This document shows positions 63,941 through 64,000 of a DNA stretch of 64,000 nt, one piece after another. The stretch's first letter is position 1. Each line of letters begins with the position of its first letter. The DNA comes from Yuukianura sp. NJ FZ-2021 (taxonomy: Eukaryota). The position numbers and the translations under genes were made by a program. The DNA is taken from contig CM102284.1 of assembly GCA_046563655.1 (NCBI GenBank), positions 1,302,001-1,366,000 of the forward strand, in the 5' to 3' direction. The notes under the pieces were generated by a model. The model was not told the origin of the DNA. It worked only from the letters and a program-made list of their open reading frames with translations, and ran no database searches.

Positions 63941-64000
63941 ATTAATTGTATTAGTAGTTGTATCAACTACCATTACATCAAGTGAATTGCATCAACTGTA

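Noticed and set aside
63516-63973. ORFs 63516..63833, 63629..63841, 63791..63973, and a possible tRNA gene
   Set aside because: The ORFs are by-products of the GC-rich SINE. Only a T-arm/B-box is recognisable, with no full cloverleaf.

Overview
AT-rich eukaryotic DNA with short GT-AG introns. It is probably a hexapod, and the gene-family style suggests a springtail, but that assignment is inference. The window is a patchwork of young tandem gene families. (1) A minus-strand array of 11 two-exon, ~365-aa seven-transmembrane gustatory-receptor-like (7TMIC) genes spans 1-28.3 kb, three of them broken, with a 12th copy at ~50 kb and an intronless divergent ionotropic-receptor-like gene inside the array. 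(2) A BC-box/LRR gene and two F-box/LRR genes. (3) A thiopurine S-methyltransferase. (4) A duplicated two-gene cassette (TULIP/Der p 7-like lipid-binding protein plus secreted multi-knottin Cys-rich protein) in which each copy lost the opposite gene. (5) Two unusual Gly/Ser/Ala/Thr-rich proteins built from 22/44-residue amphipathic repeats plus a hydrophobic C-terminal domain. (6) Five intronless C2H2 zinc-finger genes sharing a C-terminal L[KR][IV][VL]L[TN]R motif. At least six non-autonomous DNA-transposon families or copies and one tRNA-derived SINE are delimited by TIRs or TSDs, several with empty paralogous sites. No CRISPR, rRNA or bona fide tRNA was seen. Exon boundaries were derived by hand from splice signals and paralog alignment. 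Family calls come from motif recognition, not database searches.
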